A stretch of 64,000 nt of DNA from Thermoanaerobaculia bacterium. Lineage in GTDB: Bacteria; Acidobacteriota; Thermoanaerobaculia; UBA5066; DATFVB01. Positions 32,314 through 41,425 of this stretch are shown piece by piece. Numbering within the stretch: position 1 is the first letter of the stretch; each line of letters begins with the position of its first letter. The position numbers and the translations under genes are program-made. Under the pieces are notes generated by a model. It made no database searches and was not told the origin of the DNA. It worked only from the letters and a program-made list of their open reading frames with translations. The stretch lies in assembly GCA_035717485.1 (NCBI GenBank), contig DASTIQ010000283.1:2846-66845 (forward strand), written 5' to 3'.

Positions 32314-32853
32314 ATGGCGAAACGCGACGGGAGATGGGTGGATGCGTCGGAGTTCCGGCCGGATCCCGCGGTCATGGACCACGATCCGGAAGAGGCGATG
32401 CGCGAGGGAATGAGCACCGACGCGGCGGGAGTCGACGCTTCGGAGACCGAGGCCTCGACCGGCGACTCCGAGGGAGCTTTCGTCGGGATCGCGGCGGGGG
32501 CCGCGACCGGTCTCGGGATCGATCGCGGAGAAGCCGTCGGCGCGGGCGGACTCGCAGCGGGCGAGGATCTGGATCCGGTCGCGGAGGGCGACTACTGGCG
32601 GGAGAACTACCGGCGGCGTCCGTATTACCGGGCGGAAAAACCGTACGAGCACATCGAGCCCGGGTACCGCTTCGGATGGGAGGAGGCCGCCGGCCTCGAG
32701 TTCCGGGACCGGCGGTTCGAAGACGTGGAAACCGAGCTCGCCCGCCGCTGGGAGGCGCGCCGTCCGCCGGAGGAGCCGGGCTGGGTCGACGTCCGGGAAG
32801 CGGTCCGCGATTCCTTCCACCGCGTCCGCGACTCGCGACGGGGATCCCGATGA
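32314..32853 (+). CDS. hypothetical acidic protein with a Tyr/Trp/Arg-rich motif
   Basis: 179 aa from MAKRDGRW, with a GAGGAGG ribosome-binding site 6 nt upstream. Contains YWRENYRRRPYYRAEKPYEHIEPGYRFGWEE. In-frame part of track ORF 31924..32853. Confidence 0.6.
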   Translation: MAKRDGRWVDASEFRPDPAVMDHDPEEAMREGMSTDAAGVDASETEASTGDSEGAFVGIAAGAATGLGIDRGEAVGAGGLAAGEDLDPVAEGDYWRENYRRRPYYRAEKPYEHIEPGYRFGWEEAAGLEFRDRRFEDVETELARRWEARRPPEEPGWVDVREAVRDSFHRVRDSRRGSR

Positions 32854-32984
32854 GAAGAATGCCGTCACGCCGAAACCCGTCGAGGCGGTTGGCGCGATTC
32901 TCGCATCGATTCCACCCGGGTTGATGAGGGAGAGGCCGGTTGACGGAGGCGCGTCGGCCGGCCTCTCGGTTTTTTCGACCCCCC

Positions 32985-33953
32985 TCAGTCCCTTCCGGTC
33001 GGCACGTCCCACGATTCCCCGAATCCGAGAGCGCGAAACGGCGGCGCGCCGGCGCTTGCCGCCAGCGCGTCGTGGAGCTCGTGCAACGGCTCTTCCTCGC
33101 CGTCGTCGGCGAGCTCGAACGTCCCGAAATGGACTCCGATCGCGGCCCTCGCGCCGAGGTCCTGCGCGGCGCGAACCGCCTCGGCGGGGGAGATGTGCAT
33201 CGGCTGCATGAACCAGCGCGGCCGGTAGGCGCCGATCGGAAGGACCGCCAGGGCGATCCGGTGAAAGCGCGCGCCGATCTCGGCGAAATGCGGCCCGTAA
33301 CCGGAGTCGCCGGCGAAATACGCGCTCCCCGCTTCGTTCGACACCACGAAGCCGGCCCAGAGAGTCCGGTCGCGGAGCAAGGTCCGGCCGGAAAAGTGGC
33401 GAGCGGGAACCGCGGTCACGCGCAGCCCCGGCGCGGGATCGGCGGACTCCCACCAGTCGAGCTCGGCGGCGCGGCGGGCGCCGAGGGCGGCGAGACGCCT
33501 CCCGTTGCCCCGTCCAGTCGCGAAAAAGGCGCTCGGATGCGCCTGCGCGATGCGCCGGACGGTCGGGAAATCGAAATGGTCGTAGTGGTCGTGCGAGACG
33601 AGCACCAGATCGAGCGGGGGAAGGTCCTCGAAGCGGACCCCGGGCGGCCGGTGTCGCCGCGGGCCCGCGAATCGAACCGGCGAGACGCGCTCCGACCAGA
33701 CGGGATCCGTCAGAACGTTGACGCCGGCCCCCTGGAGGAGGACGGTCGCGTGATTGACGAACGTCGCGCGCCAGCGGGGCGCCACGACGCGGTCCTCCGG
33801 CGGCGCGGCGGGAGGCGCGTCCGTCCACGGCTTCCAGCGCCCGCGGCGGCGGGTCAGCATCCATTTCAGAAAATTCGGAAAAGCCGCGCGGTGGCGGGCA
33901 TCCGCGCCGGGGCTCGGGTTCGAATACCGTCGTCCGTCGAAGGGCGCCCCCAT
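32985..33953 (-). CDS. MBL-fold metallo-hydrolase (NAPE-PLD/Zn-dependent hydrolase-like)
   Basis: 322 aa with the SHDHYDH metal-binding motif. Confidence 0.75.
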   Translation of the reverse strand: MGAPFDGRRYSNPSPGADARHRAAFPNFLKWMLTRRRGRWKPWTDAPPAAPPEDRVVAPRWRATFVNHATVLLQGAGVNVLTDPVWSERVSPVRFAGPRRHRPPGVRFEDLPPLDLVLVSHDHYDHFDFPTVRRIAQAHPSAFFATGRGNGRRLAALGARRAAELDWWESADPAPGLRVTAVPARHFSGRTLLRDRTLWAGFVVSNEAGSAYFAGDSGYGPHFAEIGARFHRIALAVLPIGAYRPRWFMQPMHISPAEAVRAAQDLGARAAIGVHFGTFELADDGEEEPLHELHDALAASAGAPPFRALGFGESWDVPTGRD

Positions 33954-34013
33954 CGCGCCGAGTATCGCACCCGACGTTCGCCGGCCGATTTCTTGCTACC
34001 CTGAAGCCCGCTC

Positions 34014-34631
34014 GTGAAGAAACTGATCGCCGCGTTTTTCTCGATTCCCGTCGGATGGTGTGTCGCGGCCGTGTTCCTCCTCACGGGCGCCGAATCCGCG
34101 CTCCTCATCGGGTTCCTCGTGCCGGGCGAAGTGGCGGCGATCCTCGGGGGCGTCATCGCTTCGCATGGACGCGTTCCGCTCGCGGCCGCTCTCGCGGCCG
34201 CGGTCGCGGGCGCCTGGTGCGGCGACTCGGCCGGCTATTTCCTCGGCCGGAATGCGCGTTTCTTCGAACGCCGGCGCCGGGACCGGAACTGGAGCCGGGC
34301 GCGCACCTTCCTGAAGAAGGGCGGCATCGCCGTCCTGGTCGGGAGGTTCACCCCGTTTCTGCGCACGATCATGCCGGCCGCCGCGGGCGCCGCGAAGATG
34401 CCGTACGAGCGGTTCCTGCCGTGGAACCTGGCCGGGGGACTCCTCTGGGGTTCCCTTTCGACTCTCCTCGGCTACTGGGGAGGGCGCAACGCCGAGAAAG
34501 TCGTTCATCGCGCGGGCCTCGCCGGCCTCGGCCTGCTCGTCGTCGCTCTCGCGATCCTCGCCTTCCTCTGGATGCGCTTCCGCAGGGGCCCATCCCCGCG
34601 CCCGCGCCCGTCGGCCCGCCGCGCCCGCTGA
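34014..34631 (+). CDS. DedA/VTT-family membrane protein
   Basis: 205 aa. Start GTG; GFLVPGEVAAILGGVIA...GRFTPFLRTIMPAAAG. Confidence 0.75.
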   Translation: MKKLIAAFFSIPVGWCVAAVFLLTGAESALLIGFLVPGEVAAILGGVIASHGRVPLAAALAAAVAGAWCGDSAGYFLGRNARFFERRRRDRNWSRARTFLKKGGIAVLVGRFTPFLRTIMPAAAGAAKMPYERFLPWNLAGGLLWGSLSTLLGYWGGRNAEKVVHRAGLAGLGLLVVALAILAFLWMRFRRGPSPRPRPSARRAR

Positions 34632-34827
34632 CCGGGCGTCGGCTCGCGGATTGCAGGCGCCGGGATCTTTCCGGAACGTGAAATCGGGAGGTGAGAGGCG
34701 CCCGGAGGAAGACCGCGGGGGCGTCGCCCCCGCCAGCGCCCCTCGCGCGGAGCGGCTCGACCCGTGTTCCCGCAAACCCGTGTATTGTTGGAAGAAGGCT
34801 CGCCGGCACGAGGCGCGACGGGCGGGA

Positions 34828-35070
34828 CTATGAGCTCCCGTCTCCCTGTTCCCTCCCCGTCAGGAGCGTGCAGCAGTCGCGCGGCTGGTCGCGCATGCCG
34901 TCGCCGAAGATCTCGAGGATCTGGACGTGGACGACGTAGTCCGCCGCGGGGTCGTGCCGGAACACGCCGTTTCTTCCGCAGCGCGGGCACGATTCCACGA
35001 CGCCGTCCTCGACATCGCGCCCCGCGGCCATTCCGGTGAAGTCCTCCAGGGTGATGGTGGGGTGCCTCAT
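34828..35070 (-). CDS. small hypothetical Cys-containing protein
   Basis: 80 aa from MRHPTITLEDF with a GGAGG ribosome-binding site 5 nt upstream. Contains CPRCG and DCC. High GC3. C-terminal part of track ORF 34828..35181. Confidence 0.45.
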   Translation of the reverse strand: MRHPTITLEDFTGMAAGRDVEDGVVESCPRCGRNGVFRHDPAADYVVHVQILEIFGDGMRDQPRDCCTLLTGREQGDGSS

Positions 35071-35183
35071 GCGCGCCTCCGAAAGAACGCGACTGCAATT
35101 CGCGAGCCCGCGCTTCTCCCCGGGAAATCTCGTTCTTTCGGTGGAACGGTTGTTGCAAAGCGTTCGCCCGGAGGGAACCACGA

Positions 35184-35630
35184 ATGGCCGACACGATGAC
35201 CGGCACGGCGGTCGAGCAAATGAATTCTCTGCTTCGCGGCGAAATCTCCGCGGCCGAGACCTACCGGATCGCGATCGACAAGGTGGAGGGCGACCGGGCG
35301 ACCGAGCTCGCCAGTCTCCGCGAGATCTCCCGCGAGCACGGCGAACATGCCCAGAAGCTGCGCGAGGAGATCCGGCGAATGGGCGGCGAGGCCGACGATT
35401 CCTCCGGCGCGTGGGGCGCCTGGGCGAAGACGGTGCAGGGCGTCTCTTCCCTGTTCGGCGACGCGTCCGCGCTCAAGGCGTTGAAGGAAGGGGAGGAGCA
35501 TGGGCTCAAGGACTACCAGGACGCGCTCGAGGACGTGGACGCATCGTGCCGGCAGCTGATCGCCGAGACGATGGTTCCGGCGCAGCAGCGGCACATCGAC
35601 ATCCTCGACGCGATGATCGACCGCGCGTGA
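35184..35630 (+). CDS. DUF2383 / PA2169-family four-helix-bundle protein
   Basis: 148 aa. NSLLRGEISAAETYRIAI...HGEHAQKLREEIRRMGG...EHGLKDYQDAL. Confidence 0.7.
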   Translation: MADTMTGTAVEQMNSLLRGEISAAETYRIAIDKVEGDRATELASLREISREHGEHAQKLREEIRRMGGEADDSSGAWGAWAKTVQGVSSLFGDASALKALKEGEEHGLKDYQDALEDVDASCRQLIAETMVPAQQRHIDILDAMIDRA

Positions 35631-35634
35631 CCCC

Positions 35635-36102
35635 ATGAAGACGAGAGAGCCGCGCGCCGCCATCTCCACCTCGGGAATCGACGACACCGTGCGCCAGCTG
35701 CGTTCCCTTCTCGCCGCCGAATCGGCCGCCGTGAACCTGTACCGGACGGCGAGTCGCGACGTCAACGACGCCGTCCTCGGGCGGCGCTTGACCGCGATCG
35801 CGGAACGGCACGCCACCCAGGCCGCCGAGCTCCGCCGCCAGATCGCTCGCCTCTGCGGCGACGCCGGAACCTCGGCGCCCCCCGCGGATTCGTGGTCGAA
35901 ACTGTCGGACGTGACCGGCTCGATCGCGAACGGCCCTTCCGGGTGGATGAGCCTCCGCGAGCGGGAACGCATGGGCCTGAAGAGCTATCGCGAGGCGCTC
36001 GACCGCGTGGACCGATTCGCGCGGGAGGCGTTCTTCGGCTCTCTGATTCCGGCGCAGCTTCGGAACGTCTGTGCCTGGAACGAACGATCGCCCGAACCCT
36101 GA
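35635..36102 (+). CDS. DUF2383 / PA2169-family four-helix-bundle protein (tandem paralog)
   Basis: 155 aa. LRSLLAAESAAVNLYRTAS...HATQAAELRRQIARLCG...GLKSYREAL. Same architecture as the gene immediately upstream. Confidence 0.7.
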   Translation: MKTREPRAAISTSGIDDTVRQLRSLLAAESAAVNLYRTASRDVNDAVLGRRLTAIAERHATQAAELRRQIARLCGDAGTSAPPADSWSKLSDVTGSIANGPSGWMSLRERERMGLKSYREALDRVDRFAREAFFGSLIPAQLRNVCAWNERSPEP

Positions 36103-36197
36103 CGAAGCGGGGCGAGCGCCCGTTCTCGCCGTCGGCCCTCGCAACGCGCGCCGCCCCCGAGCGCTGATGTATATTCCTCCGCCGTAAGGAGGGATCC

Positions 36198-36836
36198 ATG
36201 AAGTTTCGCAACGGTGTTTCGCTCGCGATCGCGCTGCTCGTCGGCGCCGGGGTCGCGGCGGCCCAGGATCAGCGCAAACCCTTGAGCCCCCGAGGCCAGA
36301 CGGCCACCCAGGTGGGCGGGAAATGGACGACCGACGCGCAGGGCGAGTCCCGCTATTCCGACGGCAAATGGATCGAGGTGGACTACGGCCGGCCGATCCT
36401 CCGCGGGCGTTCGGACGTCTTCGGCTCCGGGGCCGACTACGGCAAGAAGGTGAACGCCGGAGCGCCCGTCTGGCGGCTCGGCGCGAACCAGACGACGAAG
36501 CTCACGACCGAAGTGCCTCTGACGATCGGCGGCAAGACGCTCGCCCCCGGGACCTACGACCTCTTCGTCGAGCTGAAGGAAGGCGGATGGACGCTCATCG
36601 CCTCGACCCAGCCGACCCAGGCGAAGTACGACCCGAAGGACAAGACGGCGATCTGGGGCTCGTACGGCTACGATCCGAAATTCGACGTGGCGCGCGCGCC
36701 GATGACGGTCGCCAAGATCAAGCACTCCGTCGATCAGCTGACGATCGCGTTCGTCGACATGACCGACGCCGGCGGCAAGCTGGCGGTCGCGTGGGGCGAT
36801 ACGTCCGCGATGGCGGACTTCACGGTCGGCAAGTAG
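36198..36836 (+). CDS. DUF2911 periplasmic protein
   Basis: 212 aa with a signal peptide. SPRGQTATQVGG...IEVDYGRP...GGKTLAPGTYDLFV. AAGGAGG ribosome-binding site. Confidence 0.7.
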   Translation: MKFRNGVSLAIALLVGAGVAAAQDQRKPLSPRGQTATQVGGKWTTDAQGESRYSDGKWIEVDYGRPILRGRSDVFGSGADYGKKVNAGAPVWRLGANQTTKLTTEVPLTIGGKTLAPGTYDLFVELKEGGWTLIASTQPTQAKYDPKDKTAIWGSYGYDPKFDVARAPMTVAKIKHSVDQLTIAFVDMTDAGGKLAVAWGDTSAMADFTVGK

Positions 36837-36863
36837 CCCGGTTCCCCGTCGAGACACGAATCC

Positions 36864-36890
36864 GGCGGAGCTTCGGCTCCGCCTTTTTCT
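36864..36890 (+). terminator. rho-independent terminator
   Basis: GGCGGAGC-TTCG-GCTCCGCC followed by TTTTT, 28 nt after the stop of the DUF2911 gene. Confidence 0.7.
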
Positions 36891-37001
36891 TGCCGTCGAG
36901 AATCCCGTCGCCCGGCGGGATTCACGCGAAGGGCTCTCGTTCGAAGTCGACGCCGACGCGCGGCGAGAGACGGCCGCACCGCTCGACGCGTCGCGGAGCC
37001 G

Positions 37002-38336
37002 CTAGAGCTGGGAGCGGAAGGGCTGGAGCGCCCACTCGGACATCCGCTGCCCGAGCGATCGATGTTTCCACTCCGACAACGTGTAGGGGCGCGCCCGGGC
37101 GAGATCCCTCTCGAACATCTCCTCGAGGCGCGCGGCCGTTTCCCGATCGTCCGTGACGAGGTTGTCCTCTTCGTTCAGGCGAAACGACCTGTTGTCGAAA
37201 TTGGCGGAGCCGAGCGTGGCGAACAGCCCGTCGACGACCATGGACTTCTGGTGGAACATCGTGCCGCCGTATTCCCAGATGCCGACGCCGCCCGCGAGGA
37301 GGTCTCCGAAGGCCGCGCGGCCGGCGGTCTTGGTCGCCGGAACGTCGTTCACTTTCCCGGGGACGAGGATGCGGACGCGAACCCCCCGACGCCGCGCGGC
37401 GACCATGAGCGCGACGGCGTCGGAATCGGGCAGGAAATAGGAATTCGCGATGTCGATCGTCCTTTCGGACGATGCGAGGGCGACCGAGTAGAGTCTCTGG
37501 ACGTCGGCTCCGGCATACCGCGCGGAGGACGAGACGATCTCGGCGGCGACCGGCCCCGCCGCGTCGATGCGCGGGAAGAGCGCTTCGCCCGCGAGCGTCT
37601 CGCCGGTCGCCTCCGACCAGTTCTCCTGGAACGCCGCCTGGAGCTCCGTCACGACGGGTCCCTCGAGGCGCACCTGGGTGTCGCGCCAGTGCTCCCGGGA
37701 GTCGGCGTCGCCCAGCCATTCGTCGACGAAGCCGACGCTGCCGGTGAATCCGACGCGCCCATCGACGACGAGGATCCGGCGGTGCGTGCGGTGATCGATC
37801 GCGCCCCGGCTCCACGGCTTCTTTCGGTGGAAGAAGGCCACGTGGCAGCCGGCGCGCTGCATCGCCTCCACGTCGGAGGAGTTCAGCCGGCGCGCCGGGG
37901 ATCCGACCGCGTCGAGCAGCACGCGAACCGTCACGCCGTGAGAGGCGCGTTCCGCGAGCGCGTCGCGGAAGCTCGAACCGACCCGGCCGGACCAGAAGAT
38001 GTACGCCTCGAACGTGATCGTGGAGCGGGCGGCGCGGATCGCCTCGAGCATGGACGGGAAGATCCGGTCGCCGTTTTCGAGGAAATCCACGCGGTTACCC
38101 GCCGTCAACGCGGGCACCAGGAGGGCCGAGGGGACGAAGGTGGGGGCGGAGACGCCGAAGCCGTGAACGACCCGGAAGTTCGGATCCCGCGGCGCGCGCA
38201 GCCGGTAGAGCGCGGAGGCGAGCAGGACGCCGGCGACGATGGAGCCGGTGACGAGGGCGGCGGACGCGCCGCGGGTCCGCGGGCGAGCACGGGACGACGG
38301 GCGTGCGGCGCCCGGAGGCTTCGGGCGGGCGCTCAT
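37002..38336 (-). CDS. cls: cardiolipin synthase (PLD superfamily, two HKD-type motifs)
   Basis: 444 aa. N-terminal TM helices. Motif 1 reads HRTHRRILVVDGRVGFTGS (HxR rather than HxK); motif 2 reads HQKSMVVDGLFATLGSANFDNRS. The ATG overlaps the ubiB stop (ATGA). C-terminal part of track ORF 37002..40016. Confidence 0.85.
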   Translation of the reverse strand: MSARPKPPGAARPSSRARPRTRGASAALVTGSIVAGVLLASALYRLRAPRDPNFRVVHGFGVSAPTFVPSALLVPALTAGNRVDFLENGDRIFPSMLEAIRAARSTITFEAYIFWSGRVGSSFRDALAERASHGVTVRVLLDAVGSPARRLNSSDVEAMQRAGCHVAFFHRKKPWSRGAIDHRTHRRILVVDGRVGFTGSVGFVDEWLGDADSREHWRDTQVRLEGPVVTELQAAFQENWSEATGETLAGEALFPRIDAAGPVAAEIVSSSARYAGADVQRLYSVALASSERTIDIANSYFLPDSDAVALMVAARRRGVRVRILVPGKVNDVPATKTAGRAAFGDLLAGGVGIWEYGGTMFHQKSMVVDGLFATLGSANFDNRSFRLNEEDNLVTDDRETAARLEEMFERDLARARPYTLSEWKHRSLGQRMSEWALQPFRSQL

Positions 38337-40000
38337 CCGCGCCGGCGGTCGGGGTCGCGCCGCGTGGCGTCGCCGAACACGATGCTCGCGGCCAGAGCGA
38401 CGCCGCCCGCCGCCGCCCCGAGGAAGAAGACCATCGCGAGGCCCGGATAACCGAGGATCTGGAAGCGGGTCGGCACGTGCATCAGGAGCGCGGCCCCGAC
38501 GATCAGCGAAGCGAGGACGAGGCCGAGGGCGATCCGGTTGGCGATCTTGTGAAGTCCCTCGATCAGGAGGTGCTCGTCGATCGCATCGACCTTGAGACGC
38601 AGGCCGTTCTCCGCCGCGAGATCGAGGATCTTTCCGGCCCGCTCCGGGAGCTTGCCGACGAAGTCTTTCGCCTCGAGAAGCGTCGCGAACACGTTGCCGG
38701 GCCGTGCCTCCTGGCGCATGCGCCGGGACATGAGCTCGGCGCTGTAGCGGCGGATCGAGGCGTTCGGATCGAAGTCGGGCGCGAGGGTGCGGCCGACGAG
38801 ATCGAGGTGGAGGAGGGTCTTTCCCACGGTCGACAGCTCGGGCGGAAGCGCCATGCCGGTTTCCGCGGAGAGCCGGCTGATCTCGAGCAGCACGCGACCC
38901 ATCTGCAGGTCGCCGACGGTCGAGCCCGCGTACCGCTGGACGAGCTCCGCGATCGCGCGGCGGAAATCGTCCGGACGCGCATCCTCGGAGGGCCGGGCGA
39001 TCCCGACGACCGCTTCCGCGGCGCGCTCTCCGTGGCCTTCGCTCGCGGCGAGGAGGAAGCGCAGGAGGCGGTCGCGGACCTCGCTCGACAGCCGTCCGAC
39101 CATTCCGAGATCGACGAGCGCCAGGCGATGGTCCGAGGTGAGGAGGACGTTGCCGGGATGGGGATCGGCGTGAAAGAGGCCGTCGAGCAGCACCTGCTTC
39201 AGGTACCCCCGGAAGAGTTCGTCGGCCAGACGCTCCGTGTCGACGTCGATCAGCACGACCGGATGGAGGCCGGTGATCTTGGTTCCCTCGACGTACTCCA
39301 TCGTCAGCACGCGCCGGGACGTGTAGTCGTCGTACGGGCGGGGAATCACGAGGAGCGGAAAATCGGCGAGCTCCGCCCCGATCGCCTTGAGGTTGTTCGC
39401 CTCCTGGAGGTAGTCGAGCTCCGTCGCGAGCACCTTCCGGAATTCCGCGACCATGTCCCGGTAGGCGTGGTCGCGGCCGCCGCGGACGTGCCGGTCGACG
39501 AGGTCGGCGATCTCCTCGAACGCCTCGCCGTCCTCCTCGATGCGGCTTTCGATATCGGGGCGCTGGACCTTCACGGCAACCGGACGTCCGTCGCGGAGCG
39601 CCGCCCGATAGACTTGTCCGAGCGATGCCGCGGCGATCGGCGTGGGATCGAACGCGGAGAACGCCTTCGAGAGGCGGACGCCGAGTTCTTCCTCGATGAT
39701 CGTCTTCGCGCGTTCGAAGGGGAACGGCTCGACGTCGTCCTGCAGCCGGCTGAGGGCATCGAGGTAAGTCGACGGGAGCAGGTCGGCCCGGGTGGAGAGG
39801 ATCTGCCCGAGCTTGATGTAGGCGGGGCCGAGCTCTTCGAGATCGCGCGCCAGCTCTTTCGCGGGTGCCTCGGCGCCCGCCGCCGGGGGAGGCGCGTCCG
39901 CGTCGAGGCTGCGCGCGATGTCGCCACGACCGTATTTCCACAGGAGCGTGGCGATGTCCTTGTATCGAGACACGTGTTTCGGCTTCAGCGAAAGGGCCAT
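38333..40000 (-). CDS. ubiB: UbiB/ABC1-family atypical kinase (ubiquinone biosynthesis regulator)
   Basis: 555 aa from MALSLKPKHVSRYKDIATLLWKYG...LGPAYIKLGQILSTRADLLP...; C-terminal TM helices. In-frame part of track ORF 38333..42757. Confidence 0.85.
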   Translation of the reverse strand: MALSLKPKHVSRYKDIATLLWKYGRGDIARSLDADAPPPAAGAEAPAKELARDLEELGPAYIKLGQILSTRADLLPSTYLDALSRLQDDVEPFPFERAKTIIEEELGVRLSKAFSAFDPTPIAAASLGQVYRAALRDGRPVAVKVQRPDIESRIEEDGEAFEEIADLVDRHVRGGRDHAYRDMVAEFRKVLATELDYLQEANNLKAIGAELADFPLLVIPRPYDDYTSRRVLTMEYVEGTKITGLHPVVLIDVDTERLADELFRGYLKQVLLDGLFHADPHPGNVLLTSDHRLALVDLGMVGRLSSEVRDRLLRFLLAASEGHGERAAEAVVGIARPSEDARPDDFRRAIAELVQRYAGSTVGDLQMGRVLLEISRLSAETGMALPPELSTVGKTLLHLDLVGRTLAPDFDPNASIRRYSAELMSRRMRQEARPGNVFATLLEAKDFVGKLPERAGKILDLAAENGLRLKVDAIDEHLLIEGLHKIANRIALGLVLASLIVGAALLMHVPTRFQILGYPGLAMVFFLGAAAGGVALAASIVFGDATRRDPDRRRG

Positions 40001-40056
40001 GCCGGAAGAAATGCAAGGACCGGGCCGGGTGGCCGAAGAGGCCAGTTTCGAGGCGG

Positions 40057-41370
40057 TCAGCCGTTCGGCGGGCGATCCGTCCCGCCGGCGTCCGCCTCGC
40101 GCCCCGTGATCAGCCGCGCGCCGCGCTGCCACGTGAGGTAGGCCCACGCCCACTCGAACATGACCAGGAGCCGGTTCCGGAATCCGATCAGGAAGAAGAT
40201 GTGGATCCCGAGCCAGGCCGCCCACGCGAAGAACCCCGAGATCTTCCACCCGCGGATGTCCGCCACGGCCGCGCTCCTGCCGATCGTGGCCAGCGTCCCC
40301 TTGTCGACATAGTGGAACGGGATCGTCGGCCTTCCGGCGATCCGGCGGCGGATCGAGCGGGCCGCGTGGCGCCCCTCCTGCATGGCCGCGGGAGCGAGGC
40401 CGGGAACGGGGCGGCCCTCCTGCTCGACCGCGGCGAGGTCTCCCGCAACGAAGATCTCGGGGTGCCCCGGAACGGAGAGGTCGGGCTCGACCCGGACGCG
40501 TCCCTGCCGGTCGAGCGGAACGCCGAGCGATCTTCCGAGCGGCGAGGCGGCGACTCCGGCGGCCCAGAGCGCGGTGCGAGCGCCGATCCGCTCCGTTCCG
40601 AGCCAGACGGCCTCCTCGTCGATCTTCGTCACGCGGGCTCCCGTGCGGATCGTCACCCCGAGGGATTCCAGCTGCCGCGCCGCCTTCGCCGAGAGCTCGG
40701 GCGGAAAACCGGGAAGGACGCGCTCCGCGGCCTCGACGAGGACGACGGCGGCCTGCGCCGGGTCGATGTCGCGGAAGTCGCGAACGAGCGAGTGGCGGGC
40801 GATTTCCGAGAGCGCCCCGGCGAGCTCGACGCCGGTCGGACCTCCTCCGACGACGACGAACGTGAGGAGCTCCCGGCGGGCGGCGGCATTCGTCTCCCAC
40901 TCCGCGCGCTCGAACGCCAGGAGGACGCGCCGCCGGATTTCGAGCGCATCGTCCACCGTCTTCAACCCCGGCGCGTGGGGACGCCATTCGTCGTGGCCGA
41001 AGTACGAGTCTCCCGCTCCCGACGCCACGATCAGGAAGTCGTAGCCGAGATCGCGCCCGTCGACGCGGAGCCTGCGGCCGGAGGGATCGATCGACGTCAC
41101 TTCGCCGAGAAGGACCGTCGTGTTCTTCCGGGCGCGCACGACGCTCCGGATCGGCGCGGCGATGTCGCTCGGGTTCAACGCGGCGGTCGCGACCTGGTAG
41201 AGGAGCGGCTGGAAGAGATGGTGGTTCCGGCGATCGACGATCGTGAGCCGCACGGGAGCGGCCGCGAGCTCCCGCGCCGCCGCGAGTCCCGCGAATCCTC
41301 CACCGATCAGCACGACGTGCGGGCGGGCGGAATCCGCGGGGGCGCGGCCGGACACGGTCGACGACGTCAC
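40057..41370 (-). CDS. ndh: type II NADH dehydrogenase (NDH-2)
   Basis: About 437 aa. HVVLIGGGFAGL and VVGGGPTGVELAG dinucleotide folds; C-terminal amphipathic membrane anchor. GTG start chosen (the upstream ATG would overlap the divergent gene), so the start is uncertain. Confidence 0.8.
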   Translation of the reverse strand: MTSSTVSGRAPADSARPHVVLIGGGFAGLAAARELAAAPVRLTIVDRRNHHLFQPLLYQVATAALNPSDIAAPIRSVVRARKNTTVLLGEVTSIDPSGRRLRVDGRDLGYDFLIVASGAGDSYFGHDEWRPHAPGLKTVDDALEIRRRVLLAFERAEWETNAAARRELLTFVVVGGGPTGVELAGALSEIARHSLVRDFRDIDPAQAAVVLVEAAERVLPGFPPELSAKAARQLESLGVTIRTGARVTKIDEEAVWLGTERIGARTALWAAGVAASPLGRSLGVPLDRQGRVRVEPDLSVPGHPEIFVAGDLAAVEQEGRPVPGLAPAAMQEGRHAARSIRRRIAGRPTIPFHYVDKGTLATIGRSAAVADIRGWKISGFFAWAAWLGIHIFFLIGFRNRLLVMFEWAWAYLTWQRGARLITGREADAGGTDRPPNG

Positions 41371-41425
41371 GGCGGCAGAATATCGCCGTCGCGCGATACA
41401 CTCTCCGGGTTCGGAAGGAGGCGGC

